Below, piece by piece: positions 9,713-17,516 of a DNA stretch of 32,000 nucleotides. The DNA lies in contig NZ_JAQFIQ010000001.1 in NCBI RefSeq assembly GCF_029504745.1, positions 60,001 to 92,000 of the forward strand. Direction: 5' to 3'. The notes below the pieces were generated by a model, which saw nothing but the letters and a program-made list of their open reading frames with translations, searched no databases and was not told the origin of the DNA. The number at the start of each line of letters is the position of its first letter. Positions within the stretch are counted from its first letter, which is position 1. Made by a program: the position numbers and the translations under genes. Origin of the DNA: Breznakia sp. PF5-3 (GTDB lineage: Bacteria; Bacillota_I; Bacilli_A; Erysipelotrichales; Erysipelotrichaceae).

Positions 9713-10498
9713 TTATTTCATTGTCTTTTCATAAATCTCTGTAATGTATGATCCTACATGATCAGGTTGATGAGCATCACTTGCAGTAATCATTTTCACA
9801 GTGTGTTTTTTTAGTATCTGTAATAATTCATCAGACAATCCCATATCCTTGTGTTTATAGCGATAATAACAACCAGTATTATTTTCAGCCTTCATATGGT
9901 GTTCATTAAGCAGAGTAGCTAATGTTTCATAAGTGGGAGTTAAATCATATGTAGGATAGTAATTGAATAATTTAATTGTATCTGGATGTGCTAGCTGGGT
10001 AAACAAATCACTTTTGATAAGTTTAAAGATGAGTTCATAGTAGCGTTTGTAAATAACATCTACAGGTTGAACTTCCCAAAGCAACTTTTTAGAAAAATTC
10101 ATGTCATATAAAATACCATCAATTGAATGAATTGCACCAACAAGGAAATCAAAGGTGTATTGACTTAACAGTTTTTTTAAAAAAGTTTCTTCTTCTGGTA
10201 CATAGCAAACCTCTAAACCATAATCGATTTGAATGCCTGTATTCATTGATTTTATTTCTTCCATTAAATCAATAAACTCTTGTAGGGTATTACAAAACTT
10301 TTTATCACTGTTTAACCAACTATCTTGAACTTCAATATTTCTTAAGTTTTCATAAAGTGGCTTGAATTCAATAAATCTATGAGTGTGATCTAGAATTTGA
10401 ATTTTGGTAAGCTTTTTTTTCTTTGCAGCTTCAACAAATTCTAACACATATTCTTTTGTAAGCGGCCCATATTCTAAATGCATATGTCCATCAATCAT
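9713..10498 (-). CDS. PHP-family histidinol-phosphatase-like hydrolase (HisJ/HisK type)
   Basis: MIDGHMHLEYG at the N-terminus, internal HSID, and a C-terminal SDAHQPDHVG metal-ligand pattern. I prefer ATG 10498 (GAGGTG SD 7 nt upstream) over the GTG at 10507. Confidence 0.72.
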   Translation of the reverse strand: MIDGHMHLEYGPLTKEYVLEFVEAAKKKKLTKIQILDHTHRFIEFKPLYENLRNIEVQDSWLNSDKKFCNTLQEFIDLMEEIKSMNTGIQIDYGLEVCYVPEEETFLKKLLSQYTFDFLVGAIHSIDGILYDMNFSKKLLWEVQPVDVIYKRYYELIFKLIKSDLFTQLAHPDTIKLFNYYPTYDLTPTYETLATLLNEHHMKAENNTGCYYRYKHKDMGLSDELLQILKKHTVKMITASDAHQPDHVGSYITEIYEKTMK

Positions 10499-10613
10499 AT
10501 TTATCACCTCTATTTTAGGTATTATAGCATAAGCAAAAATAGGAAAAAAGTAATATCACCATCAGAAATTTATACATCTGGAAAAAATGGTATTAAATCT
10601 GTCCGCTTTGGTG

Positions 10614-10642
10614 TTTACGATTTTATAGTTATTGTGTATATT
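10614..10642 (+). promoter_or_regulatory. promoter candidate TTTACG-17 nt-TATATT
   Basis: Hexamers at 10614-10619 and 10637-10642. It would drive the unit that ends at the orphan terminator. Confidence 0.3.
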
Positions 10643-10649
10643 ATAAGTA

Positions 10650-10812
10650 CAGGTAGAAATACCTAAGAAAGTCTCCTAAGGAGTGAGGGTGACTAAAATC
10701 CCAAACATCGCTCGTTAAAGAACTATCTTGAAAAAGGGTTAAACAAGATACAAAATAAGAAAGATAACTCAAAAGTGAGAGCTCTCAATAATACGAGGGC
10801 TCTTTTCATTTT
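10650..10812 (+). ncRNA. candidate ~160-nt small RNA (orphan promoter-terminator unit), class unknown
   Basis: Contains local hairpins (AGGTA-GAAA-TACCT at 10651-10664; ATCTTG...CAAGAT around 10724-10748). Ends in a 9-bp terminator stem (10778-10786 / 10795-10803) plus UUUCAUUUU. serC has its own promoter further downstream. Confidence 0.25.
10778..10812 (+). terminator. intrinsic terminator with no long ORF upstream
   Basis: AGAGCTCTC-AATAATAC-GAGGGCTCT (one G-U pair) followed by TTTCATTTTG. Confidence 0.55.
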
Positions 10813-10850
10813 GTTTCTTTTATTTTCATAAATGTTTCTTTTGTTTTCAT
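10812..10850 (+). repeat. 18-nt direct repeat with 21-bp period (TGTTTCTTTT[A/G]TTTTCAT) in a T-tract-rich region upstream of the serC promoter
   Basis: Copies at 10812-10829 and 10833-10850 differ at one position. TTTTCAT recurs four times between 10803 and 10858. Confidence 0.6.
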
Positions 10851-10857
10851 TTTTTCA

Positions 10858-10885
10858 TTGTTTGTTTTTTTAAATATGCTATAAT
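10858..10885 (+). promoter_or_regulatory. serC promoter candidate (TTGTTT-16 nt-TGcTATAAT)
   Basis: Extended -10 element TGCTATAAT at 10877-10885, 31 nt before the serC ATG. Confidence 0.5.
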
Positions 10886-10916
10886 AGTTAACAAACTTGA
10901 AAAGGAGAGATATATA

Positions 10917-11993
10917 ATGAATAGAGTTTATAACTTTAGTGCAGGACCTTCTCAGATGAATGAAAAGGTATTAGAAAAAGCTGCAAGTGAATTATTGAAT
11001 TACCATGGTACAGGACAATCTGTAATGGAGATGAGCCATCGTTCCAAAGAATTCCTTGAGGTTTTTGAGTCCTGTCGCTCGAGGTTAATAAAACTTATGA
11101 ATATTCCTTCTAATTATAAAGTGTTGTTTTTGCAAGGGGGAGCTTCTTTACAATTTTCGATGATACCAATGAATTTATTAAGCAATCACAAAAAGGCTGC
11201 TGTAATAAATACTGGGGCTTGGAGTAAAAAAGCGATTAAGGAATTGAATAAGCTTGGGGAAGCGGTAGTTATAGCAAGTAGTGAAGAGGATACGTTCTCT
11301 TATATTCCAAAAGAATATGATGTCCCAAAGGATGTTGATTATTTCTATATTTGTGAAAATAATACAATTTATGGGACAAAATTTCATACATTACCAGATA
11401 CTAAAGATATTCCATTAGTTGCGGATCAATCAAGTTGTATCCTAAGTGAACCAATTGATGTATCAAAGTATGGAATTATCTTTGCAGGTGCACAAAAAAA
11501 TTTGGGAATGGCAGGTTTGACTTTGGTAATTGTTCGTGAAGATTTGATTAAAGAAAACGATGAATTACCTTCAATGCTTTCTTATAAAGTACAAGCAGAT
11601 AACGATTCTATGTTTAATACTCCACCAACTTATGCAATTTATATGTTAGGTTTGGTTTTAGAATGGATTGAAGAAGAATTTGGAAGTTTAGAAAATTTGC
11701 AAAAAACAAACCAAAAGAAAGCATCGATGATTTATGATTTCTTAGATGCTTCTTCTATGTTTACAGGCACGGTTGCAAAAGAAGACCGCTCTTACATGAA
11801 TATTCCTTTTGTATCAACTAGTAAAGAATTGGATGAAAAGTTTATTGCGGAAGCCAAAGCAGCAGGTATGGTAAATTTAAAAGGACATCGTAGTGTTGGT
11901 GGAATGCGTGCATCTATCTACAATGCAATGAATGTAGAGGGTGTAGAAAAATTAGTTGCATTTATGAAAGAATTTGAAGCGAGGAACAAATAA
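10917..11993 (+). CDS. serC: phosphoserine aminotransferase
   Basis: 358 aa with typical SerC sequence (YNFSAGPS, MEMSHRSKEF, GAQKNLGMAGLT with the PLP lysine, GGMRASIYNAM). Confidence 0.93.
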   Translation: MNRVYNFSAGPSQMNEKVLEKAASELLNYHGTGQSVMEMSHRSKEFLEVFESCRSRLIKLMNIPSNYKVLFLQGGASLQFSMIPMNLLSNHKKAAVINTGAWSKKAIKELNKLGEAVVIASSEEDTFSYIPKEYDVPKDVDYFYICENNTIYGTKFHTLPDTKDIPLVADQSSCILSEPIDVSKYGIIFAGAQKNLGMAGLTLVIVREDLIKENDELPSMLSYKVQADNDSMFNTPPTYAIYMLGLVLEWIEEEFGSLENLQKTNQKKASMIYDFLDASSMFTGTVAKEDRSYMNIPFVSTSKELDEKFIAEAKAAGMVNLKGHRSVGGMRASIYNAMNVEGVEKLVAFMKEFEARNK

Positions 11994-11995
11994 CA

Positions 11996-13153
11996 ATGAA
12001 AATTAAATTATATAATAAGATATCACCCAAAGGGTTGAGTAGAGTGAATCGTGACCTTTATGAAGTTGGTGAAGATATACAAGGAGAGGATGGAATTCTT
12101 GTACGTAGTGCAAAATTACATGACCTTGATTTTAATGATAATCTGAAAGCTATTGTAAGAGCTGGTGCAGGAGTAAACAATATTCCAATTGATCGTTGTA
12201 GTGAAAATGGAATTGTTGTTTTCAATACACCTGGTGCAAATGCGAACGCTGTAAAGGAATTGGTTTTTGCTGGGATGTTATTGTCTGCTAGACCAGTGTT
12301 TAATGCAATGACATGGGTAGAAACATTAACAGATACAGAGGATGTTGCAACTTTAGTTGAAAAAGAAAAAAGTAAATTTACAGGAAATGAATTACGTGGA
12401 AAAAAATTAGGAATTATTGGACTTGGTGCCATTGGAATCAAAGTCGCTAATCTTGCATTGCATTTTGGAATGGAAGTATATGGATATGATCCATACATTT
12501 CCATTGCTTCAGCATGGCAATTATCAAGAAAAGTACATTATGCAAAAACAATGGATGAACTATACGAAAAATGTGATTATTTGTCGATTCATGTTCCTTT
12601 AAGTGATAAAACAAGAAATATGGTTGATGAGGAAGCAATTTCTAAAATGAAAGAAAATGTATGTATTTTAAATTTTGCTCGTGGTGGTTTAGTAGATGAA
12701 GATGCAATATGTAAAGCACTTGATGAAAATCGTATAAAAAACTATGTATGTGATTTCCCAAACTCTAAAATTTTACACCAAAAAGGAGTTATTTGTATCC
12801 CTCATTTAGGAGCTTCTACACCTGAATCTGAAGAGAATTGTGCAATTATGGCAGTAAATCAAATTACGGATTTTTTAGAAAATGGAAATATTTTAAATTC
12901 TGTGAATTTACCAAATGTTACATTAGATCGAAGTGGTGAAGCAAGAGTTACATGTTTTCATAAAAACACACCGAATATGATTGCTCAAATTTCTCAAACA
13001 ATATCAGATGGTGGTATGAACATTGAGAATTTAATTAATAAATCCAAAGGTGATTATGCTTATACAATTGTTGATGTCAATAGTAAAGAAGTTGCTTCTG
13101 TTGCTGAACAATTACAAAAAATTCCTGAAATTTTGAGAGTGACAATTTTATAA
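11996..13153 (+). CDS. serA: D-3-phosphoglycerate dehydrogenase with a C-terminal ACT-like domain
   Basis: NAD-binding motif GIIGLGAIG, the 2-hydroxyacid dehydrogenase catalytic region (ARGGLVDE, PHLGAST), and adjacency to serC. Confidence 0.9.
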   Translation: MKIKLYNKISPKGLSRVNRDLYEVGEDIQGEDGILVRSAKLHDLDFNDNLKAIVRAGAGVNNIPIDRCSENGIVVFNTPGANANAVKELVFAGMLLSARPVFNAMTWVETLTDTEDVATLVEKEKSKFTGNELRGKKLGIIGLGAIGIKVANLALHFGMEVYGYDPYISIASAWQLSRKVHYAKTMDELYEKCDYLSIHVPLSDKTRNMVDEEAISKMKENVCILNFARGGLVDEDAICKALDENRIKNYVCDFPNSKILHQKGVICIPHLGASTPESEENCAIMAVNQITDFLENGNILNSVNLPNVTLDRSGEARVTCFHKNTPNMIAQISQTISDGGMNIENLINKSKGDYAYTIVDVNSKEVASVAEQLQKIPEILRVTIL

Positions 13154-13178
13154 AAAGTGCGAAAAGCACTTTTTTTTG
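13153..13178 (+). terminator. intrinsic terminator after serA
   Basis: AAAAGTGC-GAAA-AGCACTTTTTTTT. Confidence 0.7.
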
Positions 13179-13228
13179 AAACCTTTTCGCCGTTTCTACC
13201 GTCTTGTTTAAGTAGGAGGTAGTTTTTG

Positions 13229-14812
13229 ATGGATAGAATATACAAGTTATTTTACAAAGGTCTTATTTTTATATTTGCTTTGGGAATCGTAGTTGGTCAT
13301 ACGGATGTTGCAAAGGTCAGTGCAGAAAGCAAGTATACATTGAGTGTTGATTATTCAATCAGTAATGAATACACAACAAGCACAGCAGAAATGAATTATG
13401 ATGGAGGAAGTTATCGATATATTGAAATTGTTGATAGCAATAATAATAAACACGCCTCTATTCCAGGGATTACGAAATTGAAAGATAGTAAGGGGGCGGA
13501 AGAATTAACATATTGTATTGAACCAACAAAGTTAACTGCTAATTCAAAACCATATGATCCGTTATCTACAGATGATTTTAATGTAGTTTTATCTACGGCT
13601 GATAAATTAAAACTACAAGAAATTTCTTATTTTGGATATGGTTATAATGGAGATACGTCAAATTTAGCTTATTATGCAACACAATTGGCTATTTGGGATT
13701 ACCAAGGGTATACGTTCTCTGGAGTAACGAGTAATGTCATTGGCAAAATGAATGAAATTAAAAAACGTGTTAATGATTATGAAACAGCTCTTAAACCATC
13801 TTTTAAAGGTTCACAGGTCATAGTGAATGGTTATGGAAAGAGCAATGGAACACTTTTGAAAGATACAAACTTAGTTTTTAATAATTGGTTTCTTTCAAAA
13901 AGCACTGGGAATTATGTTTTTGAACGTAATGGTAATGATATATTAGTTTATGCGCAAAAGGATTCAAGTGCATTAACAGGTACCGTAACATTCCAAGATA
14001 TTGATCCAATCATTGAAACAAGTCGTGGGATTGATATTATTTATAAAGATCCAACAAATGCTAATACGCAAGCATTAATGAAAATTAGTGGATTAGATTT
14101 TTCGAAGTTTGATATTTCGATTAGAATGGCAAAAGGTACAGTACAAGTTGATAAAATGGAAATTGGTGGAAGCCAAGAAGTACTTGGTGCATATTTAGAA
14201 GTAATTGAAGCAGATACAAATATAGTTGTTGATTCATGGTTGTCTGATGGTACAACACATATCATTAATAATGTAGTAGCAGGGGATTACATTTTACGTG
14301 AAAGATATGCTCCTGATGGTTATGTAACTGCACAAGATATACCTTTTTCTATCACTTATGATGGTCAAGTGCAATCACTAAAGATGGAAGATGACTTTAC
14401 AAAGATTGAAATCTTTAAATACAGCAAACGAAATAATACGCTGACAACTGATTTTGTAGCTGGTGCTAAACTTGAAATTATCGATAAAGATACGCAAGAA
14501 GTTGTTCATACATTTACAACAACGAAAAAAGCGACCCGAATTGATAAGACATTAGTTGCTAATAAAACTTATATTTTAAGAGAAGTAGAAGCACCTAAAG
14601 GTTATAAAAAGGCGGACGATATTGAGTTTACTGTAAAAAACACAGGTAGTGTTCAAAAAGTTATGATGTATGATCAAATGATGATCGCAGCTAGTAAGGC
14701 TGGTGTGGCTGCAGGTGATACAACAAATGTAATGGGATATAATGTATTATTTATTGGTTCACTAGGAATAATTTTATGCACTTATTACAGAAGAAAGAAA
14801 AGTACTGACTAA
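13229..14812 (+). CDS. surface adhesin with an N-terminal thioester domain (TED) and two Cna-B/SpaA-like repeats, anchored by a C-terminal TM helix
   Basis: Signal peptide ending VSA/E. TYCIEP Cys codon at 13514-13516 and TQLAIW Gln codon at 13682-13684 match the thioester-domain pair. Two repeats share the pattern GA(Y/K)LE(V/I)I..DT......Y.LRE..AP.GY....DI.F.. The C-terminal hydrophobic stretch plus RRKK tail has no LPXTG. Confidence 0.78.
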   Translation: MDRIYKLFYKGLIFIFALGIVVGHTDVAKVSAESKYTLSVDYSISNEYTTSTAEMNYDGGSYRYIEIVDSNNNKHASIPGITKLKDSKGAEELTYCIEPTKLTANSKPYDPLSTDDFNVVLSTADKLKLQEISYFGYGYNGDTSNLAYYATQLAIWDYQGYTFSGVTSNVIGKMNEIKKRVNDYETALKPSFKGSQVIVNGYGKSNGTLLKDTNLVFNNWFLSKSTGNYVFERNGNDILVYAQKDSSALTGTVTFQDIDPIIETSRGIDIIYKDPTNANTQALMKISGLDFSKFDISIRMAKGTVQVDKMEIGGSQEVLGAYLEVIEADTNIVVDSWLSDGTTHIINNVVAGDYILRERYAPDGYVTAQDIPFSITYDGQVQSLKMEDDFTKIEIFKYSKRNNTLTTDFVAGAKLEIIDKDTQEVVHTFTTTKKATRIDKTLVANKTYILREVEAPKGYKKADDIEFTVKNTGSVQKVMMYDQMMIAASKAGVAAGDTTNVMGYNVLFIGSLGIILCTYYRRKKSTD

Positions 14813-14830
14813 TCAGTACTTTTTCTTTTT
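14797..14830 (+). terminator. intrinsic terminator
   Basis: AGTACTGA-CTAA-TCAGTACT perfect stem followed by TTTTTCTTTTT. The stop codon lies in the loop. Confidence 0.8.
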
Positions 14831-14875
14831 CGATAATAAAAAAGGCAGGGAATGGAAAAAAACCTCTTAAACGCT

Positions 14876-14903
14876 TTGCATTTTGAACACTTCGTATTAT
14901 AAT
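14876..14903 (+). promoter_or_regulatory. promoter candidate TTGCAT-16 nt-TATAAT
   Basis: Hexamers at 14876-14881 and 14898-14903, about 45 nt before the downstream ATG. Confidence 0.5.
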
Positions 14904-14946
14904 TGTTGTTAATATGTAGATAATTGTCATATGGAAGGAGAAAAAT

Positions 14947-15789
14947 ATGTTCAATATAGTAGCAAGAGAGGAATTGAATCCAACGGTTACAAAATTGGTG
15001 GTAAATGCACCGTTGATTGCCAAGAAAGCAAAAGCAGGGCAATTTGTGATTATTCGCTCACATGAATTAGGGGAAAGAATGCCATTAACAATTGCTGATT
15101 ATGATCGCGATAAGGGAACGGTAACGATTATTTTTCAAATTGTTGGGAAATCAACGAAAATTTTAAATGGTTTGAATGTAGGTGATGAAATCATGGATTT
15201 TGTAGGTCCATTAGGGGTTCCATCGCATATTGAAGGATTAAAAAAAGTGTGTGTTATCGGTGGTGGTGTTGGGTGTGCTATTGCATATCCTACAGCCAAA
15301 GCACTTTACGATAATGGTGCAGAGGTTACAGTAATCTCTGGTTTTAGAAATAAAGATTTAGTAATTTTAGAAGATGAGTTTAAAGTTGTATCTAAAAACA
15401 TGTATATGATGAGTGATGATGGTAGTGCTGGAGAAAAGGGGCTGGTTACTAACAAATTAGAAGAATTGTTAGTTGCAGGGGAACAATTTGATGAAGTAAT
15501 TGCAATTGGTCCACTTGTTATGATGAAATTTGTATGCCAAGTTACTAAAAAGTACGATGTTAAGACAATGGTTAGTATGAATCCAATTATGATTGATGGA
15601 ACTGGGATGTGTGGATGTTGTCGATTGACTGTTGGTGGTGAAATGAAATTTGCTTGTGTTGATGGTCCTGATTTTGATGGTCATCTTGTAGATTTTGATG
15701 AGGCTATTTCTAGATCAAAACAATATATGAAGTTTGAAGCACAAGCAAGAGATGAAGACTGCAATTTATTTAATAAGGAGGTAGCTTAG
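14947..15789 (+). CDS. nfnA: sulfide/dihydroorotate dehydrogenase-like FAD/NAD-binding subunit (NfnA-like)
   Basis: 280 aa ferredoxin-NADP reductase-like fold with a C-terminal Cys cluster (GTGMCGCCRL...FACVDGP). Paired with a GltD-like subunit. Confidence 0.68.
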   Translation: MFNIVAREELNPTVTKLVVNAPLIAKKAKAGQFVIIRSHELGERMPLTIADYDRDKGTVTIIFQIVGKSTKILNGLNVGDEIMDFVGPLGVPSHIEGLKKVCVIGGGVGCAIAYPTAKALYDNGAEVTVISGFRNKDLVILEDEFKVVSKNMYMMSDDGSAGEKGLVTNKLEELLVAGEQFDEVIAIGPLVMMKFVCQVTKKYDVKTMVSMNPIMIDGTGMCGCCRLTVGGEMKFACVDGPDFDGHLVDFDEAISRSKQYMKFEAQARDEDCNLFNKEVA

Positions 15790-15790
15790 T

Positions 15791-17185
15791 ATGCCTAATA
15801 TGAATCCAAAGAAAGTCTCAATGCCTGTACAAGACCCACAGGTACGTAATCATAATTTTGATGAAGTTGCACTTGGTTATACTCCTGAACAAGCAATGGA
15901 AGAAGCTGATCGGTGTCTACAATGTAAACATAAACCGTGTGTGAATGGTTGTCCGGTAAGAGTTCAGATTCCTGAATTTATCGCAAAAGTAAAAGCAGGC
16001 GATTTTGAAGAAGCTTATCAAATCATCAAAGAAACCAATGCATTACCAGCTGTTTGTGGACGCGTATGTCCACAAGAATCACAATGTGAACAAAAATGTG
16101 TTCGCGGAATAAAAGGTGAAGCAGTGGCAATTGGTAGACTTGAACGATTTGTTGCTGATTATCATATGGCACATGAAAAAGATGATATAAAAAAAGCAAA
16201 ATCAAATGGACATAAAGTTGCAGTGATAGGTGCAGGCCCAGCTGGATTAACATGTGCTGGTGATTTGGCTAAAAAAGGATATGATGTTACTATTTTTGAA
16301 GCATTGCATGAAGCAGGAGGCGTTTTGGTATATGGAATACCAGAGTTTCGTTTGCCAAAGGCAATTGTGAAAAAAGAAATTGATGCACTAAAAGCTTTAG
16401 GTGTAAAAATTGAAACAGATATGGTCATTGGGAAAGTATTAGAAATTGACGAATTGTTTGACCAAGGCTATGAATCAGTATTTGTCGGAAGTGGAGCAGG
16501 ACTTCCAAACTTTATGGGATTACCTGGTGAAAACCTTAATGGTGTATTTTCTGCAAATGAATTTTTAACACGTTTTAATCTTATGAAGGCTTATCAAGAA
16601 GGCGTAGATACACCAATTTTTAAAGCGAAAAAAGCGGCAATTATTGGTGGGGGAAATGTAGCGATGGATGCTGCACGATGTGCAAAGCGTATTGGTGTAG
16701 AAGAAGTATATATTGTTTATCGTAGAAGTATGAATGAACTTCCAGCTCGTGCTGAAGAAGTAGAGCATGCAGAGGAAGAAGGCATTATTTTTAAAACACT
16801 TACAAATCCTGTGAAAATCTTAGGCGATGAAAATGGATACGTGAAGGGAATGGAATGTGTGGAAATGGAACTTGGCGAACCTGATGAGAGTGGTCGAAGA
16901 AGACCAATTGTGAAAGAAGGTAGTAATTTCGTATTGGATATCGATTGTATGATAATGTCAATTGGTACATCACCAAATCCACTGATTAGACAAACAACAA
17001 AAGGATTAGATGCAAACAAATGGGGTTGTTTGGTAACGGATGAACATGGGAAAACAACCCGTGAAGGAGTTTATGCTGGTGGTGATGCAGTAACGGGGGC
17101 AGCCACGGTAATTCTAGCCATGGGTGCTGGGAAAGAAGCTGCGGAAGCAATGGATGCTTATATTCAAGGTAAAGATAAGAATTAG
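15791..17185 (+). CDS. nfnB: NADPH-dependent glutamate synthase small-subunit-like oxidoreductase (NfnB / GltA-homotetrameric type)
   Basis: N-terminal 2x[4Fe-4S] Cys motifs (CLQCKHKPCVNGCP, CGRVCPQESQCEQKC), FAD motif VIGAGPAGL and a second dinucleotide motif IIGGGNVAMD. Confidence 0.75.
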   Translation: MPNMNPKKVSMPVQDPQVRNHNFDEVALGYTPEQAMEEADRCLQCKHKPCVNGCPVRVQIPEFIAKVKAGDFEEAYQIIKETNALPAVCGRVCPQESQCEQKCVRGIKGEAVAIGRLERFVADYHMAHEKDDIKKAKSNGHKVAVIGAGPAGLTCAGDLAKKGYDVTIFEALHEAGGVLVYGIPEFRLPKAIVKKEIDALKALGVKIETDMVIGKVLEIDELFDQGYESVFVGSGAGLPNFMGLPGENLNGVFSANEFLTRFNLMKAYQEGVDTPIFKAKKAAIIGGGNVAMDAARCAKRIGVEEVYIVYRRSMNELPARAEEVEHAEEEGIIFKTLTNPVKILGDENGYVKGMECVEMELGEPDESGRRRPIVKEGSNFVLDIDCMIMSIGTSPNPLIRQTTKGLDANKWGCLVTDEHGKTTREGVYAGGDAVTGAATVILAMGAGKEAAEAMDAYIQGKDKN

Positions 17186-17200
17186 AAAGCTTTACTTAAT

Positions 17201-17233
17201 GTAATAATTTTCATTAATTATGAAAATTATTAC
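17201..17233 (+). terminator. 14-bp perfect AT-rich hairpin after nfnB (possible weak terminator)
   Basis: GTAATAATTTTCAT-TAATT-ATGAAAATTATTAC followed by TTGCATGTTTT. There is no clean U-tract. Confidence 0.35.
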
Positions 17234-17262
17234 TTGCATGTTTTCATAGATTGCTTTATAAT
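17234..17262 (+). promoter_or_regulatory. promoter TTGCAT-17 nt-TATAAT for the T-box leader and leuS
   Basis: Near-consensus hexamers with optimal spacing. Confidence 0.6.
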
Positions 17263-17269
17263 TACTTTT

Positions 17270-17491
17270 AATAAGCTATGAATTGGAGTAGTAATCTTGA
17301 AAAGCAGCAGAGAGAACAAGTGGTTGGTGGAAACTTGTGTGTACTAGAGATGAACTTGTCAAGGAGCTAATAGATAAGCTATTCGTAAGTCGGCGTTAAC
17401 GATTAATGAAGTTGCATACAATTTTGTATGAACTAAGGTGGTACCGCGTAAATATACGTCCTTAGATATGAAAATATCTGAGGACGTTTTT
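17270..17491 (+). promoter_or_regulatory. T-box riboswitch leader, probable Leu specifier (CUU)
   Basis: AGAGA box at 17311-17315 and a distal-loop-like TGGTGGAAA. GAA-CUU-G in the specifier position (CUU at 17355-17357). T-box sequence AACTAAGGTGGTACCGCG at 17431-17448. Terminator ACGTCCTTAGATAT-GAAA-ATATCTGAGGACGT plus TTTTT at 17456-17491. Confidence 0.85.
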
Positions 17492-17516
17492 AATTTATAA
17501 AGGAGAAAAGAGTAAT

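Noticed and set aside
10478-10666. A 62-aa plus-strand ORF spans the start of the PHP phosphatase gene and the intergenic region.
   Set aside because: It overlaps the divergent gene's start and promoter region, has no SD, and is low in complexity.
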